Shown here piece by piece: positions 27,623 to 30,645 of a DNA stretch of 30,645 bases (within the stretch, counting starts at the first letter, position 1; each line of letters begins with the position of its first letter). The notes beneath the pieces are model-generated. The model searched no databases and was not told the origin of the DNA. It saw only the letters and a list, made by a program, of their open reading frames with translations. Made by a program: the position numbers and the translations under genes. The stretch is from Candidatus Falkowbacteria bacterium CG23_combo_of_CG06-09_8_20_14_all_49_15 (lineage in GTDB: Bacteria > Patescibacteriota > Patescibacteriia > Patescibacteriales > UM-FILTER-48-10): positions 1-30,645 of the forward strand of contig PCSD01000094.1 in NCBI GenBank assembly GCA_002771615.1. The letters run 5' to 3'.

Positions 27623-28054
27623 TCAAATATCCAGATTGCCGAGATTTTCCGCGATCTCCGCGCTGTTTTTCTCTGTCCCGGTCTTATATTTCCCCCAATT
27701 ATCCTCGTCCCAAATTTCCAAACGGTTATAAAGCCCGGCGACGATGACTTTCTTTTTTAAACCGGCAAAGTGGCGAAGATATTCCGGAAGATTGATCCGA
27801 CCTTGGCTATCAAAGTCAACTTCCGCGGCGCCGCTGAGCATAAAACGGGCAAAAGCCCTTGATTTTGACTGGCCGATTGGTAAGTTGGAAAGCTTTTCCG
27901 CCAGAGCGGCCCACTGCTTTTTCGGATAAACGATCAGACAATTATCCAAGCCCTTGGTCGCGACCGCCCCTTCTTTCAATAAAACACGAAACTTGGCCGG
28001 AATCGCCATCCGTCCTTTTTCGTCTAAGCTATGCTTGTATTCACCGATAAACAT
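27623..28054 (-). CDS. mraZ: Transcriptional regulator MraZ
   Basis: MFIGEYKHSLDEKGRMAIPAKFR, TKGLDNCL, DSQGRI, GLYNRLEIWD; 143 aa from ATG 28054. Confidence 0.98.
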   Translation of the reverse strand: MFIGEYKHSLDEKGRMAIPAKFRVLLKEGAVATKGLDNCLIVYPKKQWAALAEKLSNLPIGQSKSRAFARFMLSGAAEVDFDSQGRINLPEYLRHFAGLKKKVIVAGLYNRLEIWDEDNWGKYKTGTEKNSAEIAENLGNLDI

Positions 28055-28161
28055 GCGGCCCAATGCTATTAAACGGAAATTTTAATGCTTAAAAGAATAT
28101 GTAAAACAATAATTAATGGAATTTATTTTTGTTTTTGTTTGTCTTTTTTTGATTTTTATAT

Positions 28162-28455
28162 TTATCGTTTAAGGCCGATAAGGAGGCCGGTCAATCTGTT
28201 TGTGGCGATTGAACCAGACCCCTTCTTTGTCTTAAAACCGCTTCGGATTGATTTTGCTGGCCCGAAGCTTTCCAGCCAAGCATGTGTTTTTGTTTTTCGG
28301 CCGGCGTTAATTGTCTTGAACCGTCCGGAAGACTCTTTTTTATTTTTGTTTGCTTTGCCGTTTATTTTTGTTTTAGGCAGACAAGGAGGTCGGCCATAAA
28401 GACCAAACCCCTTCTTTGCCTTAAACGCGCTTGCTAAAGGCGCGCTGATCCCCAT
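28162..28455 (-). CDS. Doubtful 97-aa Lys-rich ORF spanning the structured leader
   Basis: ATG with A-rich upstream context, but low complexity, and the homologous 3' arms of the repeat are read in different frames. Confidence 0.2.
   Translation of the reverse strand: MGISAPLASAFKAKKGFGLYGRPPCLPKTKINGKANKNKKESSGRFKTINAGRKTKTHAWLESFGPAKSIRSGFKTKKGSGSIATNRLTGLLIGLKR
28168..28432 (-). ncRNA. Candidate structured leader RNA with two copies of one stem-loop motif (28432-28372 and 28243-28168)
   Basis: 27/31 identity between 5' arms; stem AAGGGGUYUGGU/RCCGRCCUCCUU with a U-A to C-G compensatory change; A-rich linkers; no match to RNA families I recognise. Confidence 0.6.
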
Positions 28456-28487
28456 GCTATTTTATTTGGTAAGGCGTAAAATGAACT

Positions 28488-28514
28488 TCACCATATTTCA
28501 CCACTCATCACCAT
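28488..28514 (-). promoter_or_regulatory. MraZ operator (three direct repeats, 10-bp period)
   Basis: ATGGTGAtga-GTGGTGAaat-ATGGTGA just downstream of the -10; same architecture as known triple MraZ boxes. Confidence 0.8.
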
Positions 28515-28523
28515 TATGATTTT

Positions 28524-28552
28524 ATTATATGCCACTGGTGGCCCTATGTCAA
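28524..28552 (-). promoter_or_regulatory. Consensus sigma70 promoter of the dcw operon
   Basis: TTGACA (28552-28547), 17 nt, TATAAT (28529-28524). Confidence 0.9.
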
Positions 28553-28594
28553 CATTTTCCAGTAAAATTTAATTTATTTAATATTAAAGACAAA

Positions 28595-28630
28595 AATAAA
28601 AAAAATTCGGCCTATGCACAGGCCGAATTT
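28595..28630 (-). terminator. Intrinsic terminator after tsaB, insulating the dcw promoter
   Basis: Perfect 11-bp stem AAATTCGGCCT-gtgcat-AGGCCGAATTT followed by a T run. Confidence 0.85.
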
Positions 28631-28697
28631 CGTAAAAAAATATTTATCAATTATTCTAACACGTTTTTTTCAACATTCCGTCCACAAGTTAGAAAGT

Positions 28698-29108
28698 TTA
28701 CAGGAGTTTTTTCTTCTTGGTAATGCGGGGCGGACAACGGTACTCGGGCAAAATCACCTTAAAGCCGTTTTCCCCGACTTCGGCCGGATTGGCAAAATTG
28801 GGATCATTTAAACCTCCCCAAATGAATAAATTGCATTTCCAGCCATATGCCAAGGCATTGGCCGTGGCCGCCACAATCCTTTGGGTGGTATAACTTTCTC
28901 CCCGCGGATTAGCCAAAACCGCGTCAAGCGCGGTCTTTTCTAGGCCGCTTTGCTTGAGCAAGCGGTCTAATCCGGACAGAATAGCTTCCCCGTGGTCCAC
29001 CGCCGGATCTAAAATCGTTTGCGCGCAAATTTCCCCCCGGACGCGCAAAGCCAGATAAATGGCATCCTTTTTAGCTCCATCAATGAGAAGCTGGAATGTT
29101 TTCCGCAT
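28698..29108 (-). CDS. tsaB: Short, divergent TsaB-like protein (t6A biosynthesis)
   Basis: L.ID, H.E.IL..LD.LL, LDAV, G.SYT..RI..ATANALAY pattern; 136 aa, lacks the usual C-terminal half. Confidence 0.7.
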   Translation of the reverse strand: MRKTFQLLIDGAKKDAIYLALRVRGEICAQTILDPAVDHGEAILSGLDRLLKQSGLEKTALDAVLANPRGESYTTQRIVAATANALAYGWKCNLFIWGGLNDPNFANPAEVGENGFKVILPEYRCPPRITKKKKLL

Positions 29109-29129
29109 GGGCGTAAAGATAAAACAAGC

Positions 29130-30428
29130 TTATTCAATAAAGAAGCCGAGCGAATAATGCAAACGGCTGTCCGCGCCGCTCACTTTAATCTCCGTGGCCA
29201 AAGGTTTTTCCACGACCGGCACGGTGATGATTTCGTTGAAGCGGCCTTGTTCGTCAGAGTAAATTTTTGTTATTGAAGATTCAAATTTGATGGTTAATGG
29301 CTCCCTAATCCCGAAACCGCCGCCGCGCAAAAAAATCTGGCCGCCGGCGGCTGAACGATTTTTATCCGTCTTGAGAAAAAGCCCTTCGGCCGGACGCAAA
29401 TCTTCTTCGGAACTGGCGAAATAATCCAATAAGCGGAGATTTCCGTCATAAACTGCCAGACAGGAGCTGTTAAAAAGTACGATGATTTCGCCCTGATCGG
29501 TCATTACCGCTTCCAAACCCGCGGCCCAGCCGTTATCCAAGGGAGCGGTCGTCGTGTATTCCCAGGCGACCGGCTCCATGGTGTTTTTGTTCATTTTTAC
29601 CACGCCGATGCCGTCGGAAAAATAGACATAAGGGCTGCCGGCGGTCCCGGCGGCGTCATAGCCCAGATTGGAAGTATGGTAAAAAATTTTATCAATCCGG
29701 CCATCCAAGCTAAGTTTTTTCAATCCTTCATTATCAACCAGATATAAAGCACCATTCAAGCTGTCGTTATAAATCGCGTTTTTCTGATAATCTTCCAGGA
29801 GAAAATCCCTGGCCGCCGTTACCTGGCGATCGCGACGATTATAAATTTTCAACTGCCCGTCGGCAATTTGAAAAATCTGATCCCCGTTCGGAGAAAATTT
29901 GACATTATCCGGATGCGGACTTTTGACCTCATAGGCGTCAATCACCATTAAATCATAATTATAGATCTTCGTCCATTTATTGCTCACGGTCGCCACGTAG
30001 CGGCCAAAAATTTCCACGCCCGTAAACCAATCCCAGGAATTATCCTTGACGGATTTGACCAGGATCGGATTGTCCGGATTACTCACATCATATTTGGAAA
30101 AATACCGCCCTTCCGCCGTATAGGCGTAAAGCCGGCCATTCTCAACATTAAAATCCGCGTCAAAAAAATTCAGTTCCCGGCTCCAACGGTCCGGCTGGGG
30201 CTGGATGACAGCGGTGCGGCGCAGATAGCCATTTTCAAGCACGAAAAATTCAGCGTAACTCATGTTGGTAGTCACAATCACCACCTGCCCGTTATAATAG
30301 GCGGCTTTCCCGTGGGAATAGGCGCGGATCCGGCTCTGGCCCGGCTGGGCAAAAATAAAAACACCCAGGCCGCTCACCAGCAAAAAGAGCGCCACGAACC
30401 AAAAAAAGTTTTTCTTTGCTAATTTCAT
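29130..30428 (-). CDS. Exported beta-propeller-like protein (LVIVD-like repeat) with C-terminal Ig-like domain
   Basis: Signal/TM segment FFWFVALFLLVSGLGVFIFA; YDVSNPDNPILVKS; repeated short beta-strand segments; start moved to ATG 30428. Confidence 0.6.
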   Translation of the reverse strand: MKLAKKNFFWFVALFLLVSGLGVFIFAQPGQSRIRAYSHGKAAYYNGQVVIVTTNMSYAEFFVLENGYLRRTAVIQPQPDRWSRELNFFDADFNVENGRLYAYTAEGRYFSKYDVSNPDNPILVKSVKDNSWDWFTGVEIFGRYVATVSNKWTKIYNYDLMVIDAYEVKSPHPDNVKFSPNGDQIFQIADGQLKIYNRRDRQVTAARDFLLEDYQKNAIYNDSLNGALYLVDNEGLKKLSLDGRIDKIFYHTSNLGYDAAGTAGSPYVYFSDGIGVVKMNKNTMEPVAWEYTTTAPLDNGWAAGLEAVMTDQGEIIVLFNSSCLAVYDGNLRLLDYFASSEEDLRPAEGLFLKTDKNRSAAGGQIFLRGGGFGIREPLTIKFESSITKIYSDEQGRFNEIITVPVVEKPLATEIKVSGADSRLHYSLGFFIE

Positions 30429-30565
30429 AATTAGTGATGTTGAATAAATAATATCCTTTCTTAGCATAAACAAGCTTAAAAGTCAATGGATTTTTTGTTC
30501 TGCTTCTTTTCTTGTTTTTTTGCTTATTTTTCTTATTTTTCTTCTTGTTTATCTTCTTCTTGTTC

Positions 30566-30645
30566 TTATTTTTCCGCCCGAACGGATTCATATAAAGCCA
30601 AAATCTCGGCGCTAATCTTTTCCCAGCTGTATTGCTCGGTTACTC
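30566..30645 (-). CDS. 3' end of a probable GT4 glycosyltransferase (partial, runs off the window)
   Basis: Manual translation ..VTEQYSWEKISAEILALYESVRAEK*, typical GT-B C-terminal ysW...ly helix. Confidence 0.65.
   Translation of the reverse strand, partial: VTEQYSWEKISAEILALYESVRAEK

Noticed and set aside
28085-28399. 104-aa Phe-rich plus-strand ORF with nearby AAGGAGG motifs
   Set aside because: Antisense reading of A-rich linkers; no start codon at SD-compatible spacing.
28168-28432. Repeat pair as a mini-CRISPR or type I toxin-antitoxin locus
   Set aside because: Only two imperfect copies about 190 nt apart, no cas genes, and the peptides are too short and lack a TM helix.
28060-28480. 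mraZ leader as RNase P RNA, SRP RNA, tmRNA, 6S or a known riboswitch (glycine, c-di-GMP-I)
   Set aside because: No GAGGAAAGUCC/ACAGAA..CGGCUUA, no SRP domain IV, no tRNA-like ends, and no glycine or GEMM core could be placed by eye. An Rfam scan is still needed.
30292-30591. 99-aa Lys/Asn-rich ORF
   Set aside because: Overlaps both the GT4 3' end and the next gene in other frames and arises from a low-complexity spacer.
1-30645. Alternative genetic code (UGA=Gly, as in Gracilibacteria/Absconditabacteria)
   Set aside because: Conserved genes are full length in code 11, and mraZ ends at TGA at the expected position.

Overview
A gene-dense bacterial chromosomal segment, almost all on the minus strand, in the standard code (TGA is a stop). 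The gene set suggests Patescibacteria/CPR (Parcubacteria-like); this is inferred from a short AlaRS, a short TsaB, a DUF4012-type protein, an orphan VirD4/HerA-like ATPase and mostly SD-less starts. Contents: infA-rpmJ-rpsM-rpsK, alaS, two membrane-anchored surface proteins, GT4 glycosyltransferases, greA, tRNA-Gln(CUG), dnaX, two conserved hypotheticals and the ATPase, a plus-strand pair (CorA-family channel, GAF/pseudo-kinase), dusB, cysS, and a partial dcw cluster (mraZ-rsmH-ftsL-ftsI-murF) running into a cysteine synthase. No mobile element or CRISPR array was found. The main signal is the ~460-nt leader between a consensus sigma70 promoter with a triple MraZ box and mraZ. It holds two copies of a stem-loop with compensatory base changes, conserved non-canonical pairs and an anti-Shine-Dalgarno sequence, and is a candidate undescribed cis-regulatory RNA for cell division genes. 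Also notable: an unannotated 43-aa ORF between mraZ and rsmH, a CorA with SMQ in place of GMN, a degenerate GAF histidine kinase, and DnaA-box-like 9-mers at the same position in two promoters.
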